A stretch of DNA of 64,000 nucleotides from Takakia lepidozioides (GCA_030704615.1 CM060731.1:5084001-5148000), one strand, 5' to 3'. Shown: positions 1-11,619, counted from the first letter of the stretch. Notes: generated by a model from the letters alone, not told the origin. A program made the numbers and translations.

Positions 1-3000
1 TATTACCGCACTACACCAGAGGAACTAAGGACATCAAAGGGTGTGGAAGCTGCAATAAAGAAGGAGTTTGAGATGCGAAGAACCAAATTGATGTCAGCCT
101 TCGGAAAGCAGCTTAGAATAGTAGATCTGGACTTGGTCCTGAGTTCCTTCAGCAGATCAAAACACACTATGACAAGCATGTGCATCCGGAGATGCAGCAG
201 GAGAAATTGCACCGGCTGGCCATATCGATGGTCGACCCACAAACAAAAATAAGGTGGCTGGAGATATGGAACTCAGATCAAACAGTAAAGGACTTGAATC
301 AGTTCCCAAAGAGCACCATACAGCCTGGCACAAAGGTGGAAGGAATCAGTGATTTGGTGTTTGATAACTGGCTCCACAAGGCTACATTTTGGAGTCAGGT
401 GTGTATTCGAACATGCTGTTTCTTATCTTCAAGTATATGATGTGTTTCTTTTTGCAATTCTGACAAATATTCTATTTGCAGCTCGAAAAGCGCGCCGTCA
501 TTGTGCTGGATCAGACTTTGAAGGACCTGAACATTGCGATTGTTTCCCCTCCCCAAATGTCATTGGAGGCATACATAAGGAAGTGGAGAGGTCTCACCTG
601 GAGATACTGTTTTTTCCGGGAGTTCTCCAAAGATGGTAACATTTTACGGTCCAACGACTTTGACAGTCAGGTTGGAGGAGAGTGGGCCATGATGCGAGTT
701 GTGTACAGGTGAAATGTCATACTTGAAACTCTACTGTTTTTTTGGGAAAAATTGTGGCTTCATATGGATTGCAATCTTAGATCCAGATTGAATGTCGTTG
801 ACGACATTCACTTCTTTGTCTGAGTCATTCTTAAGCGAGTATATGAATTCACCTGGTTAGGATCTAAGGGTGCAATTATATTGTCCCTGAGTAGAATTGA
901 TAATGTCCTTGAATGGCGTTGACGACATTCACATACGGAGTTGTTGTGTGGTCCTCAAGGTTATTTAAATTTTTGTAATGTCCATAGAGGATACAATGAG
1001 GGTTGATCACTTCATTTTGCTGAATGTCAATGCAGACATTCAGTTGTTCTGCATTGTTTTTTCCTCTTGCGATGAATATGGAGGCTTCATAAGCTCTGTT
1101 TTAAGAAATCCAAAGTGAATGTCGTTGACGACATTCACAGCTGTGTCTGTATTATTAAAAAACGACAAATTCAATTTCATGGATTGGGGAGCTAAGTAAT
1201 TGGTTTCTTTTTTGTATTTTTGTGAATGGCGTTGACGCCATTCACATACAGTGATGTTGTGAGGTCCTCAGTGATAGGTTCGTTATGAATGTGCATTGAG
1301 TTTTCCTGGATGGTTCCTTACTCAATTTTTTTATTTCCATCCTGTGATTTTGCTTCATTTCAGTAATAATTTGGCTTCATTCTTGAATGTCGTTGACGAC
1401 ATTCACTTCTATGTCTGTGTCATTTCTAATCGCTTATTTGCTTCACCTGGATTAGGATGTATTTACAGTGTCATGGAATGGAATGTTCTGAATGGCGTTG
1501 ACGACATTCATATCTGGAGCAGTAGTGTGGTCCTGAAAGGTCCTTGGAGCAGTTGTCAGAGCCATTTGTATCCATGTTTTATTCTTTCTGTTCTACTTGC
1601 ATCTTTCTCACTGAGCGCTTTTGTGGGTTGGGATTCATCTCCTTTTTTCAGGTACACGAAATATGTGCTTATGGAAGGAAATCACCTGAGCGGAATTCCC
1701 GACTATCTTGACATGTGGTCGGACCCTGCAAACGATCCAACCATGTATACTGCAGGGATATTGAAGGACTGGAGTCCTTCTCACTTCAGAGACTGTGGGT
1801 GGTACCTTGACTGCCCACCTGAGCACACGACCTTTCAAGAACAGCATATGAAATACTTGAACAATAACGCTGAGATGCTGGCGCCTTTGACTGACGAAGA
1901 GTATCAACGAAACATAGCAACCTTGGCTGCCAAGGAGCCTGATGCTCAGGGAACGCCGCAGAAGGGAAAGAAGGCGGGCCGCAAACCAAAAGATAAGGCT
2001 GTTGATGTCATAGCCATCTCACCAGCAAAGCCAAAGGACAAAGACAAGTCCAAAGAGAAGGAGAAGGACAAGGGGAAGGAGAATGAAAAGGAGATGGAGA
2101 GTGGGCAGGACTTTAGTGCTGGAAGATATACCCGCACTCTTCAGTGCGTGTTCGATGCCAAGCCACACCCTTCCCGTTCTGATTCAGCAGGAGAGATGAA
2201 AATTGTCAATGAGGGTTGGCTTTCGATGATGCAGAGTCGAAAGAGAGGATACACTGGGGTGCCATCCCCTACCTGGGACAATATAATCTCATTCCTCAAT
2301 CTGGTGAGAATTCCAGTTTCTTTCCTTTTTCTCTGAATGTTTCGTTGGCAGTATTTCAGTCTCGTTCTTTGAAAACATTCTTGCCATCGTTCTTATAAAA
2401 AACATGTCTGTTGCAGGTGAGCACAGGTCCCACCTTCGTGTGCGGTGTGCAGAAAACTTATGCGGCCGACATTGTCATTCTCGACATCCCGGATGGCCAG
2501 GCTGTGCCAGAAGTTCTTCCAAAGGGCAAGACGCCAGGGTGGAACAAATTCGAGGACAACTACTGGAGTTGGGTATTCGGGTTCTGTAACAATTTCCTCT
2601 CTGATGCAGGGACACTTCTGCTTTTTCAGTCATGTGACAATGATAGTCGTCGGGCATTGGCATCATACCTCAAGTCTTCAGGGTTTGAAGTTTTGCGCAC
2701 ATGGAATTGTGTGAACAGCCTCTACCTTGTGAAAGGGGGTTTCCCTGGTCAGCTGGTATGCCGTCTGCCTTCTGCTTATGCTTTGATCATGAGTTTCAAT
2801 TTTCTCTGCACCTCCACTCTAGTAGAATGTTTTATGATCGACACCGATCATCAACGATTCATGGTTTTTTGGTGTCAGAGTTCTGAATAGCCGATGTACA
2901 CACTTCCACTTTAGATTGTGTTTACCACACTAACCTGCTATCTTTGGCAGACGAGGATGTTCGAGGCGATCTGCCTGCGGAGGATTCGCACATCAAAGAC

Positions 3001-3854
3001 ACCATCCTCCATCCGCAGCTTTGAGATTTCTGACCAGGGTTGTTTCGTCAACCCCCCCTATGAGCCCCATGTCGATGACATTTTGTACAACTTCATGCAG
3101 TCCAGTCAGACTCTGAAGAGACCAGATGGCACTCCCTGGAGAGGTGCAAAGGAAAAGTCACCAGCATTCATGCAAATATGCTGGAGTCATGCAGCCACCG
3201 CTCTGCACGGGTTGTCGATCTTTCTGTGTCCACAGGTTCGTTTTCTCCCTTCCGAATTGGTTTCCTTTCAACAGTTTCATCTGCTTAAATCCCCTCCTCC
3301 AAACTGTTTATGTTCTCATGTCTGGTGCAGGAGCAACTTACCACGCATGCAAGGCAGGCGGAAGAAGCCTTTTTGGTATGGAGGGTGATTCTGACCTCTA
3401 CAACACAGTGCTCCTCCCTATTTTGTCTGGCTCCACTTCAGGCACACAGACTGATCGGATTCATATTCGAAATGATGACGATCCCGAAGATAAGCAGGTC
3501 GACAACGACTTTTCATGTGAGTAAGTGCTAAACCCTCTTTGGGAGTCATACTCAATTTCTCGATAACATCAAAGTTACAGTAATAACTTTTTCAGGCTGT
3601 CTTTCAGGAAAGCCAGCGGTGGATCTTCAGGAGATACAGTCATTTCTGGCGAGTCTGTTTTCGACAGCCCCCTTTCCAATTTTCTGCTCCCTGTTTATGC
3701 CGAAGCAATGGCACTTCACGCGTCCGAGTCCCTATCCCCTGACTTTTTAGTGGCCAGCCGTAGGTGTATCCAGCGTGGATCCGGTGTTCTAAAATACTTA
3801 GACTTAGATGCAGAGGAAGAGGGGATACATTGTACTGACTCTGAGTCAGACTGA
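1..3854 (+). pseudogene. ParB-MTase-family paralog A (5' part, including any ParB domain, lies outside the window); C-terminal beta-class amino-methyltransferase-like domain
   Basis: Approximate exons 1-398, 482-708, 1652-2303, 2417-2755, 2951-3235, 3331-~3516, ~3596-3854, with GT..AG introns. Collinear homology to 6708-11619, e.g. PEMQQEKLHRLA/PEMSMEKLHHIA, DIVILDIPDG/DMILVDIPDG, WRGAKEKSPAFMQ/WRYGRTRSPAFIQ, FLLPVYAE/FFLPAYAD. Frameshifts at ~126 and ~3174. Confidence 0.8.
789..1510. repeat. Intronic array of seven 22-bp palindromes, consensus TGAATGTCGT-TG-ACGACATTCA
   Basis: Copies start at 789, 910, 1021, 1116, 1223, 1384 and 1489, inside intron 709-1651. The flanks form degenerate A/B higher-order units. 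Confidence 0.95.
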
Positions 3855-3979
3855 ACGGTATTCTTTTAATATTCATTTTCATATTATCTGGAAACGTTGA
3901 ATCCCCTTACTCTACCGTAGTTGTTCCTTTAGAACAAATAATAATCACAGAATCAACTTTCGTTTAAATTGCTATATGT

Positions 3980-4340
3980 ATGAATCCATCTCACAAACCT
4001 TCCTGACTCTTCTCATATCCATTGTGCATTCATCTACACTGTATTCATGCGTGCTCCATTCATGAAAGCTTCCTTTGTACAACATCCATTGTACATTCAT
4101 CCTCTGTACTCTTTAATCCACCCCACAAACCTTCCACACTCATTTCATATACTTTGTGCATTCGTCAAAAGATTTGGTCATGCATCTTCCTGTCATGAAT
4201 TTTTGTCATTGCTCAACATCCATTATACATTCATCCATTTTACTCTTATCCATCCGTCATTCATCCATCTACATAGATTTTTCAAACTCATCCATCTGTT
4301 TATCATCCAACTGTACATTCATCCATCATTTATTCAATGC
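3980..4340. repeat. CATCC/CATTC-rich low-complexity tract
   Basis: Dense CATCCA/TTCAT motifs. A direct repeat CACAAACCTTCC occurs at ~3992 and ~4124. Confidence 0.7.
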
Positions 4341-4570
4341 CTTTTATTATGTCGTCCAGCTTGTTTCCGCGGTAAAGGGTGCCAATCCGCGGGAATACAC
4401 TCCACTTCTTTCTGGGTGCGTGGTGACTCGGCCTCCACGTGTGATGACGTGGACTGAGACCCGTGACGTGGCATTTGCGCAAGGTGACGTGGCGTGAGCG
4501 CAGTCGCGCTCACGCGCTCACGTGACCAGGCTCACGCCGAGGCATCCCTGCATCAAGCACTGTCACTGCA

Positions 4571-5424
4571 ATGGTTGAAGACCAGAACGTGGTGCCGCAT
4601 ATAATCGAGTCCATGGGCTTGGACGAGGTTTGGCATATAGAACGCCCAAGTGCTGGATCGTGTGTGAAATGCGCGGCAATCAGGGCCACCAATCATGAAA
4701 AATGTACATCATTAATATCCAGAGGGAAAGAACGTACTGCAGCTCCTACATTCACGGGTTTGTTTCTCCCTTACGGACAAGGCGAGGCAAAGAACCACAA
4801 GTTCTGGTTCTGCGCTGACGATTGTGGGAGATGTGTGCATGGGACAGTGAGGCCTTCCGTGGTAAGGAAGCCTACTCCACCAACCGTGTGGCCTGTGAAG
4901 ATGGGCACAGGTCTCACTCACCGAGAGATCGCAATGCTGGAAGAGGCATGTTTCTCCCTAGCCAGACATTCCATTGCACGTGAAGGTGCTTCAAGTAGAA
5001 GCGGTTCACGGGTACCTCCGCCTGACGCTCACTTGTGGCCAACCAGACGGAATGGGAAGCTGGTTCGACGATTCCCTCCAACCGCAGAACACTACGGCAA
5101 AATTGAGTCTGCCAGAATGCTTCACGCTCGTGTTGCGGGAACAAAGGAAGTGCCTGATCCAGGGTATGGTCAGGTCTTCACCATGATCTCATCCGCATCT
5201 GCGCTGCAGGACAGGACGTACGACATCACTGTTTCCAATTTTCCCAATTGTACATGTCCTGATTTTGTTTGGGAAAGAGAGGGAAGTTCATACCGTGCAA
5301 ACACCTTTACTTCATCTTCTTGAGAAGGATGGTTTGTGATCCAAAGCGCGACTTCTTCATTCACCAAGCCACTATGAGTTTCAACGAAGTCAACACACTT
5401 CTACAGCGGGATACAACCCCATAA
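4571..5424 (+). pseudogene. SWIM zinc-finger protein (CxC..CxH) with a Cys-rich N-terminal domain, one frameshift
   Basis: ORF 4571-5323 contains YDITVSNFPNCTCPDF. After a frameshift at ~5270 the sequence reads GKFIPCKHLYFIFLRR...LLQRDTTP* (stop 5422-5424), completing the SWIM motif. Confidence 0.8.
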
Positions 5425-5606
5425 AAATCTGTGTTTTCCTTGACTACAACTTGTAATGGAATGACTGTTCAAGTCTAGTGTCTCTCAATGTATGTCGTCT
5501 AACATCTTTGCTATGCGTGGGTCAATGCATTTGTCGCATTGGTTTGTCATTATCTTTTCATTAGCAAACACAAAAAACTACCTTCAGATAGACAGATGAT
5601 CAAATC

Positions 5607-5838
5607 AACCTCGTGTCAACACAAGGTTTACTTGAAGTTCTCCAAATCCCCCTTGTGTCGACACAAGGTTGATTTTAGTTCTCAGAAAACAACATCGTGT
5701 CAACACGAAGTTCATTTTTGTTCCAGGAAAACAACCTCGTGTTAACACGAGGTTTATTTGAAGTTCTCCAAATCCCCCTTGTGTCGACACAAGGTTCATT
5801 TCAGTTCTACGAAATGAAGCTCCTGTTAACAGAAGGTT
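5607..5838. repeat. Tandem array of six 22-bp palindromes (AACCTCGTGT-YR-ACACGAGGTT) with exact 42-bp period
   Basis: Copies start at 5607, 5649, 5691, 5733 (perfect palindrome), 5775 and 5817. There is a 126-bp higher-order repeat. Confidence 0.95.
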
Positions 5839-6220
5839 GAACTCCAGGAAAGCCCAAAACCCTTCATCCGTTTCACCTTCATGTGGTGAAATCAGCAGTT
5901 GGGGGCTCCACGGTTATAGGCCCACCTTCTTTGTGGTGACGTGGCATGACCTGGACCAGGCTCACGCCACGTCAGCAGCGTGAGCGTAGGCTCATGCCAC
6001 ATCATCGTTGTGTGAGCGTACGCTCACACGCTCACGCGCCGGGCTCACGCGGTAGCGTCGTTGCAGTCAGGCTACATACTTCTTGGAGTTACAACACTTT
6101 GGGTTACACTCACTCAAGAGGGTTACACAGTTCTAAGTTACACTGTGCACAGTGAAAGTGGGCAGGGTTGCCTATACAAGGGCTACGTGTCGTGGGGATA
6201 CATAAGATGGGGTGATGTAG

Positions 6221-6325
6221 CGGTGCCCACATGGCTACTACCATGCTCGTGTAGACCCCGCTCCCCCTGCACATGCCCTGCCCAACTCTGCCCCGACATC
6301 CTCCTGGTGCTTGGGTTGCCTAAAC
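6221..6325 (+). pseudogene. Short captured fragment of a non-LTR retrotransposon restriction-like endonuclease region
   Basis: Translates VPTWLLPCSCRPRSPCTCPAQLCPDILLVLGLP. This matches IPLWLLPCSCLTNLC... in the LINE relic at ~46560-46640 (minus strand). Confidence 0.55.
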
Positions 6326-6328
6326 AGG

Positions 6329-6683
6329 GAGTTTGAGTTCAAGCTGTCCAAAAAGGCCTCCACAAAAGCATTCATGGGAAAGATGTTTTTTGTCTGGGAT
6401 GGGAACCACAGACTGCTTGCTTGGATGGATTACATTTCAAGCTTGCACTCGGACGACATCGAATGGCACTGGAGCGTGGTTTCCATGGTTCTCGATCACA
6501 AAGGACGTGTCACGCAGCTCTTGACAGCCATGCACGACATAAACAAGTAAGTTTCCAACTTTGTGTCTGTTACTTGTTTCGACAATTTGAAATCATCTTA
6601 TGAGTTGAAGGTTTTTCCAGGTCCAATGAAACATCTCATGTGACGACCAATCTGTGCCACACTCTATTCCGCATCCAGAGTGT
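6329..6683 (+). pseudogene. Truncated third paralog fragment of the ParB-like domain, with conserved intron
   Basis: EFEFKL...GKMFFVWDGNHRLLAW...AMHDINK, intron ~6547-6620 (GTAAGT..CAG), then SNETSHVTTNLCHTLFRIQSV. Homologous to ITERAFVETHLAHTLYRVQEV of paralog B at the same intron position. Confidence 0.85.
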
Positions 6684-6707
6684 CTCATGTTTTCCTGTTT
6701 GTTTGAC

Positions 6708-9700
6708 ATGGGAGCTGGGGAGGGATCGCAGGGGGGCGAGGCAACACAGTCAACTTTGGATACTCCTGCCCGGGTGCTGCGCTCACAAGGTGGAAGTGCA
6801 TCGAGGCAGACGAGTCCTCATTCAACACCTCAGATATCGCCTCCGAAAAGCCCACCTAGAGTTCGGAAGCCGAGAAAGCAGAAGGAGCCCATGGCTTCGC
6901 AAGTAAAACCCCTAGGGAGACTGGAAGCGGAGATATTGGGTTTGCAGTCAATTTCAGAAAACACAGATGCGGTGGAGGCCGCTGGAGATGTGGGAGTCGG
7001 ATCTGCAGAAGGGCGGCCCATTCAACTGACAGAAGGAGAAGACGATAACGTGGTACGACTTGGCGACGATCAGAACCTGCTGGAGCTTGCGGAGGAGCAA
7101 AACCTCCAGGACAGTACACAGGCTGGTGAGAGGGGTGAGGGAAGTGACAGAGGTGATACAAGTAAGAAACTGGTGGCGGGTATGCATATGAGCGCACGAG
7201 ACATGAACATAGCAGCAAACAGGTTGCTGGCAGAGACTCATAGCAACATAGGCCGCGTTTTGGGCTCCATGGTGTATCCGGAGAACCTCAAAGTTCCTTT
7301 GTGTCGCATGGTAAGCCTTCCAGTTGTAAGGCAAGCACTGCCAGGGGATATCGATCGACTGAAGCACAACTTCAGAGAAGGGTACAGACGGGGGTCGGCA
7401 GCATTCTACGTTTCCATTGAGAATGACCAGGGTGTCACAAGGGGCCCCACTGCAGAGGAGCTTCAGAATTGGGGCCCCCACTGGCACACTGTTAATGCCG
7501 AGTTTGAAGCCTATCTGAAGACTAATCCCACATTCGCACACATGGAAGGGAAGATGTTCTTCGTTTGGGACGGGAACCACAGGATGCTTGCCTGGACAGA
7601 GTACATTGCTGAAATGCATCCGCAAGATATCAGTTGGCATTACATGGTGGACTGCATTGTCGTGAAGGTGGACGTCAGGGACAGAGGACTGTTGAAGGGT
7701 GCCATGGCGGATATAAATCTGTAAGTATACAATTACATCCTTGTGTACTGCCTATTGCGGCGCCGAAATAGGCAATGTTCACCATTGTCATGCACTCTAT
7801 GAACTGGAAATTGGATTGCTGTGCCGAAATCATATTTTCATGTTGTTTTTTTTCTCCATGGCAGGATAACAGAGAGGGCCTTCGTGGAAACTCATCTGGC
7901 ACATACGCTCTACAGAGTGCAAGAAGTGGGGACAGCTCCGCTGACGGACTTCCAAAAGTCCCTCGATCCCGAGCTGTACAGGAAGTCCCTAGCGAAAGCA
8001 GATCGCACCTGGTACCGACCAACACTGGACGCCATGGTGGAGATCCTCTATTCGGTGAGGTTCATCTCAAATTTCAGTATCAATTTAATGTTATTTGTTG
8101 CAGGGATCCGTGGCCTGATTGTATCTGCTGGGTATGGGAATGCAGACGAACATCAGGGATGACTTGGCCTATGCCAAAAGGCAGTTCTTTGAGAATGATG
8201 CCCCCAACAAGGCGGACGCGTCGATAGAGAGTCATATTGTGCAGGCAGGGAAGCAATCCCGGACCAAGTACAGGTCCAAACTTGTTAAGCAAGTTGCAAT
8301 CGCTGACCCTGGTCTTGGTGCCGAGTTCCTGGCGGAGATAGGACTGCATTACTCCAGACCCATGAAACCGGAAATGTCCATGGAGAAACTTCATCACATC
8401 GCAGTGTCCTGTATTGAGCCGGCGGAGAAGGTAAGCATGTGTTTATTCTTGTTTTGTGACTTCTCGCGATTCTTATGTTGGAGTTCTTGTCTGACCGATG
8501 TGAGGTGGCTGCAGACGAGGTGGCTGCGAATCTGGAACGTCCATACAAACACGAAGCTGCTGTACCACTTTCCCATCGAGCCAACAGACGACAAAATGAA
8601 CGACTGGCTCAATGTCATGACTTGGTGGCATCAGGTATAATTTTCTCCTATTATGTGTTGGACATCGTCGCAATTTCAAAATCATGAATGTTTTGGAAAC
8701 CTACCATGATGCAGGTACTGACCCACGCCCAGGAGCAATTGGACTGCAACACCACCACTTTAAAGTTACAGATCGACTGGACGAAGCCTGAGACAATGGA
8801 GAACTACGTGCAGTCGTGGCGAGGGCGCTTCGCAAACCTCTTTTTCAGAGAAATTGCAAAGGCAAGACGCAGCGTATACATCGAAGAGCAGGAGGGTGCC
8901 GACAAAGCGGCAATGCGTGTCCTGTTCAGGTAATCTGCTGACAATGCATCCCCCTATTTGCAGTTTAGATGATTTGGTTAAGCAGCGATGGATATTGCGG
9001 CGCCGAAATATACCTCTGCAAGATGTGAGTTCTGGGTAATTGGGGCACGGTCCACTCCGTATTTCGGTGCCGAAATATCTTGTGCATTGACAACTTCCAC
9101 TTGCATGATGCATCGGTAGAATGATTTTTGTTGAACTGCCTCGTGATTGCAGGTACATAAACTTTGCACTCATTCCGTCCGGAGCCATTCAAAGGGTTCC
9201 ACCATTCTTCCTGGCGTGGAGGACACCTGGAGGTCGTGGAACGATGTACACATAAGTAATGGCGAAGGAGTGGCATGCCGAGCATTTGGTAGACTGCCCC
9301 TGGTATGTGGATCTCCCAAGTGGGACCGTTGACCTCTCGGAGGTTAACTTGAAGAAGGAAGCGAATGCCAGGGCTATGAAGGCGCAATCGGATCCCCAAC
9401 CAGAGGACGCGGAAAGACTGAAAGCAGAGGAGGCAGCCAAGCAGAAAGCACTGAGAAAGTCAGCCAAGGCGGCAGCGTTGGCGAAGGAGCAGATGGAGAA
9501 GCAGGCAGCTGAGCAGCCCAAGGACAGGAAGAAAAGAACGCGCAAACAGGGGCAAGAGACGAAGACCCCCACACCCAAGAAGAAGAAGCAGCAACACAGT
9601 CAGCCAGATGAGGAGGATTCCGACGACGATTTCCAGCAGGAAAACACCCAGGGGGCCACACCTCGTCCGAAAATTCACAAGGGCCAGCGCTCCGGGGGGT

Positions 9701-11619
9701 CGGCTGCGAAGAGATCACTATACGAGGATGCACCTGGCAGACCCTACCGTGCGGTGCACATTGCGGGCAGGGAAGTCCTCAAACCACCCACAATTGTGGA
9801 GTGTGTTAATGAAAATTTCCTAACTGCTCTGACCAGAAGGCTGGAGATAACGAGATTGAGGAAGGCGATCGAGGCCCACCAGGGGAAGGGGAAGAGGAAG
9901 GCCACTGGCAATGATATGGAGGACACTCCTGGCTACACAAAGATGATGGAGTATTTTGTGGCGATGAGCCACGGCAAAAAGAGCACAGTCGGGGGCAGGG
10001 CGGTGAAAGCCTCCATCGACATGATCCTTGTGGATATCCCGGATGGGCAGGAGATACTGGGGCTGGGCTCAGTTCCCTGGTGGAACAAGTACGACGAAAG
10101 ATACTGGAGCCACACATTCGGGTTCGCAGCCAACATGTTGGACGACGTTGGCTGTGTTGTTGTGCTAGCAGCCGATGGAGAAGTCACTGAGAATGATATC
10201 AAAGTATGGACGGGGAGAAGTGCAGCACCCATCCTGAAACAGATCTGGACTTGCATCAACACGCAGGGTCTTCTCAACGATGGCCAGAAGGTATGCTGTG
10301 GTTCTCCTCTGCTATGTCAATTTCTGCGCCGAAATTGCCCCTGTACGTGTAGGCCACCTCTGACGTTTTCATTTCCTTCTCTGCAGACTCTTATCTTTCA
10401 GGCATTTTGCTTCGTGAAGGAACATTCGAAATTCAAATTACGTGAAGCAGGAAGACTTGTTGATTCCACAGTTGATCCACTGGAGTATAACGTCCTGTTC
10501 AACCATGTGGGAGAGAAGGACATTCTTTGTGATTTGTCGGGCAAGCCATGGAGGTATGGCAGGACCAGGAGTCCTGCATTCATCCAGACGCTCATGGAAA
10601 CGTGTACGGATGTTGAAGGCAGGGTCCTTGACGTCACTGCAAATACAGGTGAGAACGTTAATTGAATGCGGCACCGAAATTGACACCATTTCCGTTTCTG
10701 TATGTTTGCTTGTGCGAGGAAGCGACTCATTCTTGAGTTTGGCTGTGGTTGTGTCGTATGAATTCGCAGGTGCCTGTATGTGGGCGGGAAGGATGTCGAA
10801 CCGATTTGTGTTCTCATTTGAGGGGGATACGGCCTTGTACGATTACAATTTGGCGGGCCTTCAGCGTCTGCCTCCGACTGAGGATCCCAAAAACGCAGAA
10901 GAGGACGTGGAAGGAGAGGAGGAAGATGAAGAGGAGGAAGTCCGGGAAATTCGTTCGATGCAGGGGCGCCCGAAGCCGCTTCCCCCAATGCCTGTCTTCG
11001 AGTGAGTTGCACCATAGTAAGTGTATTGGTTTCGGTTGTAGGGACCATGCAACCTGCCGATGATTCCCTGTTTGAATTCTCTAATGTACTTCATTCTATG
11101 TTTGTGCGTACACTCAGCCTTGCAGAGTCGTCCGACGAGGAGAAGCTGGGAGACTTGCTCGAATCGGACCCTGTTGCAGAGGAGGAGACAGAATCGCATC
11201 GGCCATTCTTTGCCAGAAAATCGTTTCTCGCGAGTCCCCAGAAGCCCTTTTTTCTACCAGCCTATGCAGACACGGCTGCCAAAGAAGCCATCAGGAGGGA
11301 GGATAGGCCTACTCGGTTAGAGCAATTGACATACGGGAATGAGCAGAGAATTATAATGAGGCGTGAGGCCAAACATAGAATTGTGAAAGGCAGAGTAGGG
11401 AAGTTCGTAATAGAATCCGCGTCCGAGAACGAGGGGAATGTTGAGGACACTTCCGCACCCAGGTGGACAGTTCCGGCTGGTGAGGATGGTATTTTTGAGG
11501 GGAGGGCTTCTCAGAGTAACAGCGGTAGCGGCAGTGTAAGTTCGGAGGCAGGTGGAAGGCAGCCATCCTTGCATGAGGGCGGGGATGCATCGGACAATGA
11601 TAGCGGATCCTCACCATAG
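6708..11619 (+). pseudogene. ParB/Srx-like + helical domain + K/E-rich linker + beta-class N6A/N4C DNA methyltransferase-like fusion (paralog B), 9 exons, one in-frame stop
   Basis: Exons 6708-7720, 7865-8054, 8146-8430, 8515-8634, 8715-8929, 9153-10290, 10387-10648, 10770-11001, 11118-11619, with consistent phases. ParB-like motifs: VPLCRMV..VRQAL..DIDRLKHNF..G and FFVWDGNHRMLA. MTase-like motifs: IDMILVDIPDG (motif IV-like), LDDVGCVVV, and RSPAFIQTLMETCTDVEGRVLDVTANTGACMWAGRMSNRFVFSFEGD (motifs X-I-II). TAA at 9253-9255. Confidence 0.82.

Noticed and set aside
789-1510. CRISPR array (palindromic repeats with spacers); also considered for 5607-5838 and 11867-12145
   Set aside because: Spacers are homologous to each other in higher-order units, are irregular or out of the typical size range, and the first array lies in a spliceosomal intron. 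There are no cas genes.
3049-3063. NPPY as the catalytic motif of paralog A
   Set aside because: It falls in the variable region after the DIPDG strand and is absent from paralog B at the aligned position (LVDSTVDPLEY), so it is probably coincidental.
5607-5838. Palindrome cores GTYRAC and GGYRCC as HincII/BanI-like methyltransferase targets
   Set aside because: YR degeneracy is more simply explained by CpG deamination of a central CG; there is no independent support.
6954-7640. Long antisense ORFs over coding exons (also 10398-11048 and 27148-27852)
   Set aside because: Shadow ORFs of opposite-strand coding sequence with no motifs.
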